NCBI RefSeq assembly: GCF_009914755.1
Contig: NC_060939.1
From: the human T2T-CHM13v2.0 reference genome, Homo sapiens
Strand: one strand, 5' to 3'
DNA length: 64,000 nt
Below the pieces are notes generated by a model. It did not search any database. It saw only the letters and a list, made by a program, of their open reading frames with translations, and had not been told where the DNA came from. The translations under genes and the position numbers were made by a program. This document shows positions 37,874 through 56,850 of this stretch, one piece after another; position 1 is the stretch's first letter; the number at the start of each line of letters is the position of its first letter.

Positions 37874-39921
37874 CAGAGGCGGGTTTATTGTGCAGCTAAT
37901 GATACTTAAGCTGAGTCTTCTCCTTGCACACACACATCCTTCCAAGGCTCCAGGGGAGCCCTAGCAGTAGGTTCGTGTGATCATATATTTTAGTAAAATT
38001 CACAGTAGTAAACGATTTTATCCACAATTGGTAAAGACTGCTGTCTTCCCATTCCTACCCCTCTGTTAGCATTGGTGTGGCTATAGATATTTTTAGGATC
38101 TGGTTAAGGAGAGGTTGAGTTAGAGATATATTTTATTTCAGTTTAGTGAGATGTATTTATGGGGTTTGCAGTCAGCTTCACATATAGTGAAGTCAGCTTC
38201 ATGTACAGTCAGCTTCACATATAGTGAAGTTCACTGTGATGTGGGTGTGTCCTTTGGTGCCAGAAGAATTGGATAGAGGAAGAGAAATGAGATCTGAAAT
38301 ATCCAGAGCCAGAAACCAATCTGAAAAATTCCTCTAATCCAACACACAACATTGTAAGTGGAAGACTTGGTTTTCCTTGACACCTGATCAAAACAGAAGT
38401 TCTCTCCTGAAAAGGGTGTTTCCCATCATGTCTTGATTGCATGTTTTCCTTTATTTGAGGGTAATTTTAAGAAATATTAATAGAATATGTATCGTGATTC
38501 CTGTGCTACAGCAGCTAGCACAACACCTACAACAGCTTATACACCAAAGAAGCTTGATGGAGGCTGCGGCAGATTCTGTTTTCCAATAATGGTTGCACCG
38601 ATATCTCCTGTCCATGCTCTTCCAGCACCTTGCCACTCCCCATCAAAAAATAGAGGCCAACTCCCCTTCTCTTAAATCTGATGGGCTTGTGATTGGTAAC
38701 TTACAGGATGTGAGAAAAATGACTGCTTGACTCCCAAGGTTAGATCATAAGGTGATGCAGCTCTCTTTTTTAATGGCTAGAACACTCCCCCTTAGAGCCC
38801 TGAGCCACCAGGCGAAACACCCAACTCCCCTGAGGCGGCCATACTGTGGGGAAGCCCAGCCATAAGGAGAGGCCACCAGTGGGTGCTGGAGTCAGCAGTC
38901 CTAATCTCCAACTGGCCCAGCCCAGGCTCCAGACCCACGGACGAATGAGCCTTCCAATAATTTTAGCCCCAGTGGTTGGGTCATCCCTAGCCAGGGCCCT
39001 TTCTGAATTTCTGACACACAAAATATCTGTGAGCCTAATAGAGTGGTTGCTGTGTTATGCCATTACATTTTGGGTGATTTGTTACATAGCCATAGTAAGT
39101 AAAGCAGAGGTTTTCCTAAATTTGTAATGATCCTGAAGTTTTATGTAACATTACCAGTAAAGAATTATGAAGCTGAAAGAAACAATCAATAATGAACTAC
39201 TATTAACTATCAATAATTTTCTAAAAATTCCAATCAACCAGACTGGAGGAAAGATTGCTACCTATTTGCACCAAAGAAAGTGATATTACAAAACTGGTAT
39301 TGTTATACAGCAAAGAAGAAATGAAAAAAAACAACAACTCACAAAATGGGTGTTGAACAAAAAGGCAATCAAGGTGTATTCAGGCAAGCAGTGGAGGGAA
39401 AAGCATGGAGGTGTGTCTGGCAGTTGATTCACACAAATATCATGGTGTGTTTTTTTTGTTTGTTTTTTGTTTTTGATATGGAGTCTTGCTCTGTGGTCCA
39501 GGCTGGAGTGCAATGGCATGGTCTCAGCTCACTGCAACTTCCACCTCCTCGGTTCGAGCAATTCTCATGTCTCAGCCTCCCCAGTAGCTAGTATTACAGG
39601 TGCGCACCACCATGCCTGACTAATTTTTGTATTTTTAGTAGAGATGGTGTTTCACCATGTTGGCAAGGCTGGTCAAGAACTCCTGGTCTCAAGTGATCCA
39701 CCCGCCTCAGCCTCCCAAATTGTTGGGATTACATTTGTGAGCCACTGTGCTGAGCCCATATCAATGTATTTTTTTAAATTTTGTAATATTTTGGAATTTA
39801 TCAACCTTTTAAAATTTTAATTTTTGCCTGATTTCTTTTTATCATTTACAAAGAATATTAACTTTTGTACCTAACTTTGTGTCAACTTGTATAACCTTCA
39901 GGCTCCATAATACACGCCCTT
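37874..39921. mobile_element. Zaphod-like hAT-Tip100 relic inserted in a MIR, interrupted by an MLT1-like LTR (~38560-39100) and an Alu
   Basis: Terminal cagaggcgggtttattgtgcagctaatga and ...ttcaggctccataatacacgccct; MIR halves on either side. Confidence 0.55.
39447..39756 (-). mobile_element. Alu (S-like)
   Basis: Reverse-complement Alu. Confidence 0.9.
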
Positions 39922-41088
39922 GTGTCACACTATTCAAAGCACTTTATATAGAGAACACCGTTGTTTTATCTACAATTGGCAAAGCTGCCTGTCTTCCTGT
40001 TTCTGCCTGTCTGCCGACATTGGTGTGGCTATGGCTGTTTTTAGGATCTGGCTAAGGAGATCCCCCAAGCCCTGTCAGGTGAGGAACTTTTATTATCCTC
40101 ATTCTACAAATGAGAACACGGAGGCAGGAGTTGGTTGATGAACTGCCCCCAGGTCACCCTGGGAGTGGAGCCCAGAGGCCACAGTACAGTCTCCTTCCAG
40201 AGGAAGTGCAGGCAAAAGGGAGCAGAGAGAGCCCTTGGATCGAGCTTTGCCTGAAGGAGTAGATCCAGTCCTGGGCTTTTCACTTGGGTCTCAGCCCCTC
40301 CCCACCTACTTTAACCCCAGGAAAGAAGGGTTTGGTCACTCCCTTCCCTTTATCCTTGCTTAGAACACCAATCGATGACAATGTCACAGAGAAGAGGAGG
40401 CAGCTGACTGACAGGGGTGTAGGAAGTATCAGGGCTGATGACCTGCTGAGTTTCCATTCCAGGCAAAAGCCCTGGAGCAGGTTGTGGGTCAGATAGCAAG
40501 ATATGTAGCATGAGGCAGGCATGACACATGCTTCGGTGTTCCGCGCTGAGTACCATGGGAAGGCACAAGCGGGCCTGTACTCTTGCCTCATGAGGAAGTG
40601 GTTATTTACCCTGTTGACATGAGGGAAAGGACCATTTCCTGTCCAGGAGTGCTCAGGACCAAGCAGGAAAGGGACACCTCACCCCTGCCCTCATTCATTC
40701 TAGGGCTACTGGAAAGGACAAGCCTTGCTGTAAGCAAGGGACAGGGCACCACCCAGCCAAGCCATTCATTCATCCCACAAATTGTTATTGAGTGTCTACC
40801 GTGTCCCAGACAGAGAGCTGTGAGGGTAAAAACAGGCCTGGTCCCCACCTCCAGTGTACAACCCACCTTCCACTCCATGTCTCTCAGCCAACGGGGTAAG
40901 TCAGTGTTCCAGAACCTGGGACATGACACTTCAGGCCCTGGAGTGCTGGGGCAGATATACAATGCAGAACAGAGTCTCTGGAATTTCAAGGTAAAGAGCC
41001 ATGGAAGAGCTGTAAACAAATATTAGTCAGCTAATTAACTTAGTTTGGAGGCAGTCGTTGCAGGTCCATGAGCTTTGGGATAAGAAAT

Positions 41089-42378
41089 AGAAACATGTTT
41101 TGTTTTGTTTTTTCTCTGAAATTTTTGTTTGTTTTAATACAATTGAACATCTCATTCCCCCCCAACAGTAATCAAAGCAAACATTTTATCATTATTTTTG
41201 TCATATTATTCTTGGTATATCAAACTAAATTCCAGGAATGTAAGAAAATCTGACTTGGAAATATTACATAGAAAAAGGCTGAATTAACACATTACCTTTT
41301 TTAGTTTTTCCTTGTAAGTATACATTGACATCTACTTATCCGATAACAGCACTGTGGTTTTGAGTGAGTTTGGTTTGGTTTGGTTTGCTTTCCTTCCAGA
41401 GGGAATGCAGTATGGCAGTATTATCTTTGGAACAAATTAAAAAGGTATTAGCAAATAACAGAAGAGTTACTTCCACACATATATTTTCCATGGGCAATAA
41501 GTAGAAAAGTATATTATGAAAAAATATGCCTCAACTATGCTTTTTAAAATTTCTCGAGGTTTACTGGTTTGTTTTTCTTATTAAAATATAATGCACTATC
41601 ACTACTGTCTGTCCGGGGAAAAACAAACCCTGAGGTTTGAGTTTCCTCCTTCAGCCCATAAAGTGATATCAAGAGTAAACTTGGATTGAGGTCACCCTGT
41701 TTGAGCCACCAGAGAGTTCTGTAGTATATCTGGTTATTTTACTAATGTATACATATTCTAGGTTATAATCAAGATACTCATCAAATATTTTCTATGAAAG
41801 TTTTATATCCCAAACAGGTTCTTTGATGATTTATCATGCTACCATAGGAAATTTGAAGAAATTACAAATTGTGTAACAGAAATAGACATGCAATATAGAG
41901 GACAGAAAAGATACAGCTTGACCCTGGGTTTTTCCCTTAGAATAATTCCTTCCATAAATCAGACTTTATTTTCACATATAGACTCATCCTATAACTGGTC
42001 TTGGATCATGAAGTTAATGACATAGTTGGAAAAATCTAGGCCACACATTTTTGTGGTCTTTTGTCACCCTAGACCACACACAAAAAAACATTCTCCAAGT
42101 GGATGCTCGGGTTAGATTATGATGCTCTTACATTAAAAAATTGACTGAAGCTGAGAATGTAAAGCACACAACTATTTGCAGCAGCAATAGTCTTTCAAAA
42201 ATGACTAAAACTTTTAAATACAAGGCATACAAAACAGACTATTAAGGAGAGTTTTCCAAACTATATCTAGAAATACAGGAAAATATGTATTGCCTCATAA
42301 TAAAGTTAAATAAATATCATTTCTGAGTTCTATAAACACTATAAGAGGTTATCGTTTTATCGGAGAACCATGTTTTAA
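41089..42378 (-). pseudogene. L1-mediated retrocopy of an unidentified polyadenylated RNA 3' end (3'UTR-only processed pseudogene or orphan transduction)
   Basis: ATTAAA (41133-41138 on minus) ~19 nt before a degenerate polyA tail (41098-41113); TSD AGAAACATGTTTT / AGAACCATGTTTT; TTTT|AA endonuclease site at 42373-42378; AT-rich block unlike flanks. Confidence 0.7.
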
Positions 42379-43299
42379 GACCCCCTGAGGTACCTGCTCC
42401 GACCTCTCCCAGAACCCCTCTGCCTCTCCTCACCAGGCCTTCTCCGTCTTGAGGGGATCTCCCCGCTCCCCACTCCGCCCTGTTGGCCTTATCCTCTGAT
42501 TTCTGTTTTCATAAAGCTTCCAAGCAATGGAAATGAGTATGTGCGTTTTAAATGTACTGTATTTGTCACTTTTATATTCTAGTTCATAATATTTTTTAAA
42601 AAATAAATTGAGACTTTCATACATTTTCAAAACATAAACCAAAACAAAACTGGGTTAAGCGTGAATAGGGCCCTCTAAAAGATTATTTCTGTAGGCTGGT
42701 TGATCTGAATAGAAGACACATCTTTCTCTAAACTCCAGTAGTGACCTGCTGACCACAGATTTGGCAAGAGAATCCTCAGTCCAGACGTATGTTCAGAGTT
42801 TCATCCTAATGCTCAATTGCCAGGAGTTCTATGAAATTTTGCCCTCCTCTTCCCACATGGCACTGACTCATCTGAAAGGCAATAGGTTTCCTGTAAACAC
42901 CCAACTCACCAACAGCTGCCAAGGGGGGCGACTGTGAGGTAATGATCTGCCTGCCCTGGGTTCAGGAGGGTGTGGGGTACACCTATGCCACCTGCAAGGC
43001 CCAGGGCCCCAGCCAGCCTGCTCCTTCCTGCCCCTGAGGAGGCAGCACCTGAGTGCCCCGCCAGTGCGGAGGAGACTTCCCTTCTGTGTGCCACCCGGGG
43101 TGGCCCAGAGGGATTGGAGGTGAAGTCCAGAGCTGAGGGCCAAGCCCAGCCCTCCCCATCACACTCCCTCAGCACCAGCTATAGTTGATGACTTCCCTCA
43201 CATGACAGGATTTGAAATGCATATGTGAATGTGCTTTTAATGTTTTGCCCCTTCCTCCTATTCATTTCTCTCGTCTTCAGCCAATGGCACCAACTGTTA

Positions 43300-43675
<376 letters not shown>

Positions 43676-45004
43676 TCAGAGCCAACGTTCCAGAAACAAG
43701 GCTTAAAGGCTGACCACTGTGAGGAAAATGAAGACTTTTCTAAATTCCCAGAGTTTCCTTTCACAGACCATAAGCAGAGCTTTGAAATGTGGGTCCTGTG
43801 AAGAGAGAGTCTTAGAGAAAGTGCCCACCCAGCATAGGATGAAAGGAGAAAGCCCCTGTACTTCCAGGAGGGAAGCAGGGAGAAGGACTCACATGTCTTC
43901 CCAGCCCAGCCCAAGCCCTTGGGGGTATTCTGCACGAACAAATCAGGTGGGTGAAATCCCTTAGGTGTGGGCTTAGCCCTGTCTCCACAGGCACATCCTG
44001 GGAAAAGTCACATCCCTGGACAGGAGCACTGTGTCCCGCATAGTAATGCCTGCCCATCGTGGGTGTGGGAAGTGATTGGGGAAGGGCCTAGGTAGGATGG
44101 GGGCCTGTGGTGGTGCCCTCTCATCTTCCTAGGCCCCCTTGTGTGACAGAAGGATCCAGAAGTGTTCCCAAGCTCCCACTGGGGGTGTGGAGGTAGCTCA
44201 GCTGACAGCAAGAGGCCTGCCTGAAGCTGCCATGGGTGGCGTGAGGTGAGGCAGAAGCTGGGGATGGTCAGCTTGAGCCAGGGCCTGCCCCGACCTGGCC
44301 AGCGTGGAACGCAACAGCGGTCCCGTCAGCTGTGGCTTTGGCTGTGCATACAAGCAGGAGTCCAAAGGCCTGGTCAGAACACCCCACATAGATCCTGGAC
44401 TACAACCCTCCCAAGACCACTGAGGGTCCCGCATGCTTAGCTGCCATCTCGGCTCCAAGGGTGGGGTAGAGAGAGCTCCAAAATGAGCATTTCCTAAGAG
44501 AAGCTGAGTTTAATCCAAAAGTGAACCTGAATTTTTTTATGTTAAGTGGGAAATTGTAATTCCTCCCAGCCTATTTGTAACCTCCTCCTTACACAACTGT
44601 CCAGAGGTCTGGGGACTAGGAAATAAGATGTCGCAAGTTATGAAGCAGAAAAGGAATCTAAATGGGATATCTGGAAAGAGATTCACAGAGGAGGCATTTC
44701 TTAAGATGAGCCTTTAGAAAATGGGTTGGTGCTTACAGATTATTGCAACACCAATTTACAGTATTCTGTGCTATTTAAAAGTGGAGTACCACTATTAGGT
44801 ATAAGCTGTTACTTCAGAGGTCATACAGCAGCGGCATTCAACCTTTTTGGCTATCTGTAAACCCCCTCCCCCCATATTCCCGCCTACCCTCTTCTCAGAG
44901 CCTCTCACCACACTCCATCCTAAGCCCTCTTCCTCACTCAGCTACTGCAAACCCCCATCTCCTCCATATCATATTGCCAGCCCTTCTCAAAAAAGCCTGA
45001 GTTG

Positions 45005-47267
<2,263 letters not shown>

Positions 47268-48826
47268 TTTTTAAAGGCGACGGGTGGGCGGGGGGGGGGT
47301 GTCGGGAGGAGACCACTGGGTCAGAATGAGTCTCCTCTTCACAGCCTAAAATCTACTGACCCTAAAGAAACTCACAATATTTGGTGGATCCAAGGGGCTT
47401 GAAGGAATGAGAATCAGAGGGACAGAGAAACAGACCTGCTCAGATCAAAAGATGCATCGTGAAAGAGCCAAGAATTCAGATCAGATTTACATACCCCGCC
47501 ACACACACTTTCTCACAGACACTGTTTAGCTACCAGGAACAATGAACGTATTTAATGTATTTGCATGGGGTGGCAGCTGTGTACCTGGCCCAAGTTCAAA
47601 GAGCTGACTGTGGATAATTATCACGGAAACTGTGCACACCCACCAGCTGGCGCCATGCCGGGATGGGTCCGTCCCTTCACAGCCATCAGGAAGCTGATCA
47701 GAGGAGACGCTGAGTTGTGAAGAGGGACAGGGGAGGCCACAGAGTCAAGGGGTGGAGAAGAAAGGATGGTGAATCAGAAAGCAAGACTAGCAACTCAAAA
47801 CAAAATGCCTGTACAGACATAATGTACCCTGAAAGAAGCCAGGCATAGAGGAGTGTGATTGTGTGATTCCGTGGATGCCAAGCTCTAGAACGAACACAGT
47901 TAATCAGTGGTGACAGAACTTAAAATTGTGGTTACCTTTGGTTGAGGGGTATTTTCTGGTAAGAATCACAAGGGAATCTTCATACATGATGAAAATGTTC
48001 TGTATCTTGATCAAGGTGGTGGTTACAGGGGTAGAGACATGCAAGCATCCATCCAGCTGCACACCTACGGTCTTGTGCTTTTCTGTCTATGTTATACTCA
48101 ATAACATTTAAAAAAAAAAAACAACCATTAAGAGTCTGCTGTTGGGGGTGGGAGCAAAGAGCTATAAGCAAACTGATTGATGGTTCAACTTCTAGGAGAG
48201 CTCAGTTACCATGAAAGGTAAAGGTGCAGATTAACCTGAAAATAGGATTAGTTGGAAGTTGGCAGAAGTGTAATAGTCCCACAAATCACCTGTCCAGTCT
48301 CAGCAGAAGGTTAAAGGTTTACTCTCTGGGGAGGAGCAAGCAGAAGACTTGGGAGTCCACATACTGAAATGCGAGTCATCACCTTCAGACCTCTTTCCCC
48401 ACTCAGCCCTGAGAATGCTGGCAGCCAGTCTTACACCTCCCCTGCTGCCACCACCACCAGTATCATCAGGCAAGAGAACAGAGGATTCCCTTCCAGGGAA
48501 ACACACCAACATAAAAGGAAAAACAAAAACAAACAAAAAACTACCAATACTAATAGGCGATTGCTGTATTCCAGAGTTCCAGATCCCTGCCTAATCAACC
48601 TACAATGAAGTTTCTATTCAGCCAGGTCAGACCATGTGCACAGAGCTTCCAGTGATCACTTTAGAGCCTCACTCTTAAATGTGACCAGACAACCTGGGAT
48701 CACCAAACATTTGAAGAAATCCTCTAACATGATTAATGATTAAAACTACAAACCAAATAAAGAGACACAGAAACAGAGACAGTGCTGGAAGTATGAGAAA
48801 ACTTTTTACAAAGCTGTAATTAATGT

Positions 48827-49255
48827 TGTTAAAATAAAAACTTCAGCCAAATTAAATGTAAAGGAGTTTAATTGAGCAATGAACAATTTGCAAATTGGGC
48901 AGCCCTCAGAATCACAGCAGATTCAGAGAGAGTCCAACGCAACCACGTGGTAGAAGAAGATTTATAGACAAAAATGGGAAGTGATGTGCAGAAATCAGAA
49001 GTGAGGTACAGAAATAGCTGAATTGGTTACAGCTCAGCATTTGCCATATTTGAACACAGTTTAAACGCCTGACAGTATGTGAGTGGTTGAGGTATGGCTG
49101 CTGGGATTGGCCAAGACCCAGCCACTGTTAAGGCACACACTCCCAAGGTAGGTTCTCAGTCTTGTCTACCTATTAGTTAGGTTGCAGTTCTCCCACAAGG
49201 ACTCAAATATAGAAGTACAGAATCCTTCTCAAGCCATATTTAGTTCGCTTCAACA
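48827..49255 (-). mobile_element. MER57-like ERV1 solo LTR
   Basis: TGTTAAA...TTCAACA termini; 4-bp TSD ATGT on both sides. Confidence 0.75.
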
Positions 49256-49475
49256 ATGTCTTTACATGAAAAGACATAAAAAAGACAATGAAGATAAAAG
49301 ATGATGGATCTTTGCAACAAAAAGGGTGGGGATGCCATGAAATGGAATGTTCAGAGTATAAAGAACCCTCGTACACTAAAAATATGATGGCAGAAATAAG
49401 TAAAATTAATGGAAAAATTAGATAATAGAGTTGAGAAAATCTCCCCAGAAAAGCAAATCAAAAATTCAAAGAAAT

Positions 49476-49985
<510 letters not shown>

Positions 49986-50460
49986 TCACTTTGTTGCTCA
50001 GCTGGAGTGCAGTAATATCCTCTTCTTGGGAGTTCCAGGAATGGATCAAAGAAATCATTAAAATTATCAAAGAAATAATGCAAGAAAAGATTGCAGAACC
50101 AGAAGACTCTCTAGATAAAAGGGGTTGCTGAGTACACAGAACACCCAGCAAACAAGTAAAACAAACAAACAAACAAAAAACCCTCATCAAAGGATATTTA
50201 TCATTAAATTTTAGAAATCTGGAAATAAAAAGGTCACACACCAAGGACTAAAAATCATAATGGGATTGAACTTATTAACAGCAACATTGGAAGTTAGGAG
50301 ACAATGGAAAAATGTCTTGAAATTTCTTACAGAAAATTATTTACAACTTAGAAGTTTTTTTCCCAATCAATCCGCTAGTCAAAAGTGAGAGTAGTGTATA
50401 GGCATATACAGAAATGCAAGGACTCAAATTTTTTTTAGCCTTTCTCATGAGCTACCAGAA

Positions 50461-50620
50461 CAGTGCTTTCTAGATATTAAAGTGCCATGGATCACCTGGG
50501 AACCTGTTACAATGCAAATTCTGGTTCAGCAGGTCTAGAGTGAGGCCTGAGCACTCTGACAAGCTCTCAAGTGACATCAGTGCTGCTGATCTGTAGACCA
50601 CACGGTGAGAGTGAGGTACT
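50461..50620. mobile_element. MER5-type hAT MITE
   Basis: cagtgcttt...atcacctgggaacctgttacaatgcaaattctg...ccacac. Confidence 0.65.
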
Positions 50621-51178
50621 AGAGGATACGTCTCACCAGAATGAAAGAATAAACCAACAAAAAGGAAGAAGTTGGAACCAGGAAATTGAGGATCCAACAT
50701 AAAAGCAAGTTAATATCCAAAATGATGCTGAAGGGAGCTCCCAGGGCATTACCTAAAGGGAAAGCAGTCCAAATTGGGACATATAAGGAGATATTAAAAG
50801 GAGGAGGAAGTTGAAGAGGAGAAAATAATGAAACTGATGATTACCTGATATATCAAGAGGAGATTTATACTTCTGGTGGAGAGTTTAAAGACAAATTACT
50901 GATAGTAACATAGAAAACTAAGCTAATCAGGAAGTAAGGCAATTATTAACTCCAAGGAAAACTAGAATGACAGTAACCATATCATACTACATAATCACAA
51001 TGTAAAAAATGAATATTGACCAAAAAATTATAACATAACAATATTGAGGCACTGAGAGAGGATAGAGCAAAAAAAAAAAAAAAAAAAACAAAAATTGAGC
51101 CCTCATCCTCCATAATAGGAAGTCAATAAAAATCAAGAAATAATAGTATAAGCATGTTATTTAGAAATCTGGAGATAG

Positions 51179-51908
<730 letters not shown>

Positions 51909-52501
51909 TCAAAATATACATTTCAAATTAAATGAAAATTATTTGAAAATGTGGATGTTTTGTCATTAATAATAAACTGACTTACAACACGTATCACAAC
52001 TAGTTGCCACTCCCCAGTGTTTGGGGCCTGCAAACCACAGCTCAGAGGCAGTTCATTCCCTTTAGATGCTCAATTCTAGGAGAAGCCATATGGGCAGGAA
52101 ACACGTGGAGTACAGCAACGGCAAGTTCAAGAGATGCTTGTGAAACTTCCTGACATTCATCAGGTTTCTAGATGAGACAAGATCATGCTGTATCTACTTT
52201 TTTCAAAAGAAGAACTTTTCCCTCCCAGCTATATCCACCCAGTTAGCCAATGGACTAGTCAGGATTTTTTCAGTTGCAAGTACCAGAAACCAAATTCGAA
52301 ATGGCTTAAGCAGAAAAGCAATTCATAGAGTCCCATAAAGCCCATGGGAAGCCCTGGGAAAAACCTAGGTTCAAATCCTACCTTCAAATCCTACCTTCAG
52401 TATTTACCACTGTGTGACTTAATTGCCTATAAAATGAATACGATAATAGTATCATTGTGGATATGAAATGAGTTAACATTTACTTAGTGCCTGGTGCATA
52501 G

Positions 52502-52883
52502 TGTATTAGTTCTCCCACTGCTATAAGGAAATACCCGAGCCTGGGTAATTTATAAAGAAAAGAAATTTAATTGGCTCAAGATTCCACAGACTGTACAAGA
52601 AGCATGGCTGGGAAGGCATCAGGAAACTTACAATAATGGCAGAAGGCAAAGAGGAAACAGGCACACCTTCACATGGCCAGACCAGGAGGAAGAGAGAGAA
52701 GGGAGACGTGCTACACATTTTTAAATAGCCAGATCTCCTGAGAACTCACTTATTATCATGAGAACAACAAGGAGGAAATCTGCCCCCATGATCCAATCAA
52801 CTTTCACAAGGCCCCTCTTCCAACATTGGGATTATAACTGGACATGAGGTTTGAGTGAGGACACAAATCTAGACCATATCACA
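52502..52883. mobile_element. MST-type MaLR LTR
   Basis: tgtattagt...ctgggtaatttataaagaaaagaaatttaattggctca...accatatca. Confidence 0.85.
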
Positions 52884-52919
52884 GAGCTAACACTTAACAC
52901 ATATTATAACATTATTATT

Positions 52920-53240
<321 letters not shown>

Positions 53241-53839
53241 CTACTATTCAGGAATCACAGCAAATCTGGAGAATAAATTAAAAAGTTCATCCTGGACACA
53301 TTGTAATGTAACTGCAGAATACCAAAGATAAAGAAAAAATACTAAAAGTCCTCAGAAAAAAAGACATAAGTTGCCCTATGAAGGATAGACAGGCTGGAGC
53401 AGGCTTCTCAACAGCAGTAACTAAAGCCAGAAGAAAGTAAAATATCTTCAAAATGCTGGGAGAAAAGAACCTGCCAACTGAGAATTTTATACTCAGCCAA
53501 GCTATTATTTAAGAATGAGCATTACATGAATAATTTATTGGATCAACAAAAATGGAAGGTTTACCACTAAGAAACCTCACCAAGCTCTTCTATAGATTTA
53601 CTCCAGGAAGAAGGAAATAGAATAGGTTATTAAACATATGGTAAACCAAAATATTGACTATACAGATAATAATCATAATGATGACTAATATGGGGAATAA
53701 AAAATGAAGGAGGGAAGTAGAACACCAAACAGTGACAAATGAAATGGGAAGATATGATAGAGCGAAGATTTTAAAGCACCTGGCCTTGTTCTGGAATAGG
53801 GTAAAGAAGTGGGTTAACTTTAAACTTTGCTAATTCAAG

Positions 53840-53976
53840 TAAACAGGTTAAAATTTAGAGATACTTACAAAAAGAATAAAATTAGAACATGTAAATTCCA
53901 AGATAATAAACAGGTTAAAATGTAGAGGTACTTACAAAAAGAATAAAATTAGAGTATGTAAATTCCAAGGTAATAA
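53840..53976. repeat. Tandem duplication, 2 x 67 bp, in old L1 sequence
   Basis: TAAACAGGTTAAAAT...AAATTCCAAG units at 53840 and 53907 with a few mismatches. Confidence 0.85.
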
Positions 53977-54076
53977 AGAAGGAGGGAAAAGAAAAGGAAT
54001 CCAAAAGTTTTCAGGGGGAAAAAAAAGAAAACCTCAGAAAAAAAGAGTGAATAGAAAGCACAAAATAAGATAGCAG

Positions 54077-54405
<329 letters not shown>

Positions 54406-56096
54406 TCATAATAAATGCTAATGGACTAAACTAATCCATTAAAAACTATAAATTTAATTTTCTGTATGCTTGAATTTCTCCTAATAAAAAAAATTTTAAA
54501 GAGAGATTGTCAATCTAGTGTTTTTTTTAAACTCCACCTGTGGCTGTTTGTAAGAGCACACTGAAAACATAAGAACACACAAAAAAGTTGAAAATAAGAG
54601 CCTGATAAAGATACACCAGGGAAACACTGATCATGAGAAAATTGGTGTACATATAGATAAAAGAGACTCTAATGTAAACATCATTAGGAATAAGGAGGAT
54701 TGCTGTGTAAAGATCAATGGAATAATTCGCCAGGAAGATATAACAGTTATCTACTTGCATGTATCTAAATAACATAGCCTTAAAATGCTATGCTCTAATT
54801 AAAACTTGACAAAATTAAAATGTCCTAAGCAAAACTTGACAAATCTACAATTCTACCTCTCTCATCAATGGATAAATAAAACATATAAAATATTATTGAG
54901 AATATAGAAGATTTGAACAACACAGCGAACAAGCTTAATCTACAGGACATATACAGACCCCTACAAATACATATACAGGACATATACAGCCACAACATTT
55001 AGGGAATACACCTTCTTCTCAAACACAATGGAACATTTTTTACAAACATTGGTCATGAACAGGGTTTTATGATAAGTCTCAAAAATCTGAAAAAGGTACC
55101 ATACAGATAACATTTCTTTTACCAAGGTGCAAATAAGGTAGAAATCAATCACAAAAATATGCCTTACAAAATCCATGATTTGAGAATTATGATACACATT
55201 ACCAAATGGAAACAGAATAAACTTACTTTTTTAAAAAAATTAGCCTTTTTTTTCAGAACAGAAAAACTGTGAAGATAGTACAGTGTTCCCACAGACCCTG
55301 TGGCCAGTTTTCCTATTATTAACATCAAACATGAGTATATTTGCTACAATTAACCAATATTGATATGTTATTATTAACTAAATCCATCCCTTATTCAGAT
55401 TTCCTTAGTTTTTACCTAATGTCCTTTTCTTTTCCAAGATTCCATCTAGGATATGACATTTAGTAGTCACGTCTTAGGCTCCTCTTGGCTGTGATGGTTT
55501 CTCAGACTTCCCTTGTTTTTGATGACTTTGACAGTCTTGAGAAGTACTGGTCAGGTGTTTTGTAAAATGTCCTTTGATTGAGATGTGTCTGATGTTTTCC
55601 TCATTATTAGACTAGAATCATGGTTTTGAGGGAGGAAGACCACAGAGGTAAAGGGCCATTTTCCTCACATCACATCAAGGGTACATGCTATCAATGTGCC
55701 TTATCAATGTTGCTGTTGACCTGATCATCTGGATGAGGTAATATTTGCCAATTTTCTCTACTGTAAAGTTACTTCCTCCTTTCCATTCTGTACTCTTTGG
55801 AAGCAAGTCACTAAGTGGAGCTCATACTTAAGGGGTGGGGAGTCATATTCTACCTCCTTTATTGAGGAGTATCTACATAAATTATTTGGAATTATTCTGC
55901 ATGAAAGATTTGTCTCTTCTTTCCCATTGATTTATTTTATTAGTATTTATTTATATTAGTTTATTTATATTAGTATGGACTCATGGATATTTTATGCTTT
56001 AGGTTGTAATCCAATGCTACTTTATTTCTTTTAATTTTTAAAAATTTTTTATTTTATTTAATTATTTAATTTAAAAAAATTTTAAACTATTATTAA

Positions 56097-56393
<297 letters not shown>

Positions 56394-56730
56394 CAACTTT
56401 GTTTTTTTTTGTTGCTCAAATTGTTCCACCATTGGCCATTGGGGAGAATTTGTTGCTGCCTCCTGTGTCTCTTTTGACACGTATCTATTGTTTTGCTTTT
56501 TGAGCACCTCCTTGCTTTTTGATCACTTCCTTACTTTCTGGCACTACAAGATGCTTTAGGATCATCTTGTATACTGACTGTTTCCACTCTAGAATGAACC
56601 ATTTCTCCAAGAAACCCTGGTTCTTTCTTGTTGAAGAATGCTATTAGAAGCCAAGATCTGGGCACTGTGTGTGCTCATTGCTACTGGGGTGTCATTACTT
56701 CTAGGTTCTCTCAGCAAACAGAGCTAGGCT

Positions 56731-56733
<3 letters not shown>

Positions 56734-56767
<34 letters not shown>

Positions 56768-56850
56768 CACATATTTAATATATTATATATGTTTATATAT
56801 ATGTATGTATATGACATATACTGATCTGTGTATACACACATATATATAAT
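56734..56850. repeat. (TG)n microsatellite followed by a TA-rich low-complexity tract
   Basis: Directly visible. Confidence 0.9.

Noticed and set aside
38170-38230. Short ~36-bp tandem duplication (CAGTCAGCTTCACATATAGTGAAGT twice)
   Set aside because: Real but a trivial slippage product inside a transposon relic.
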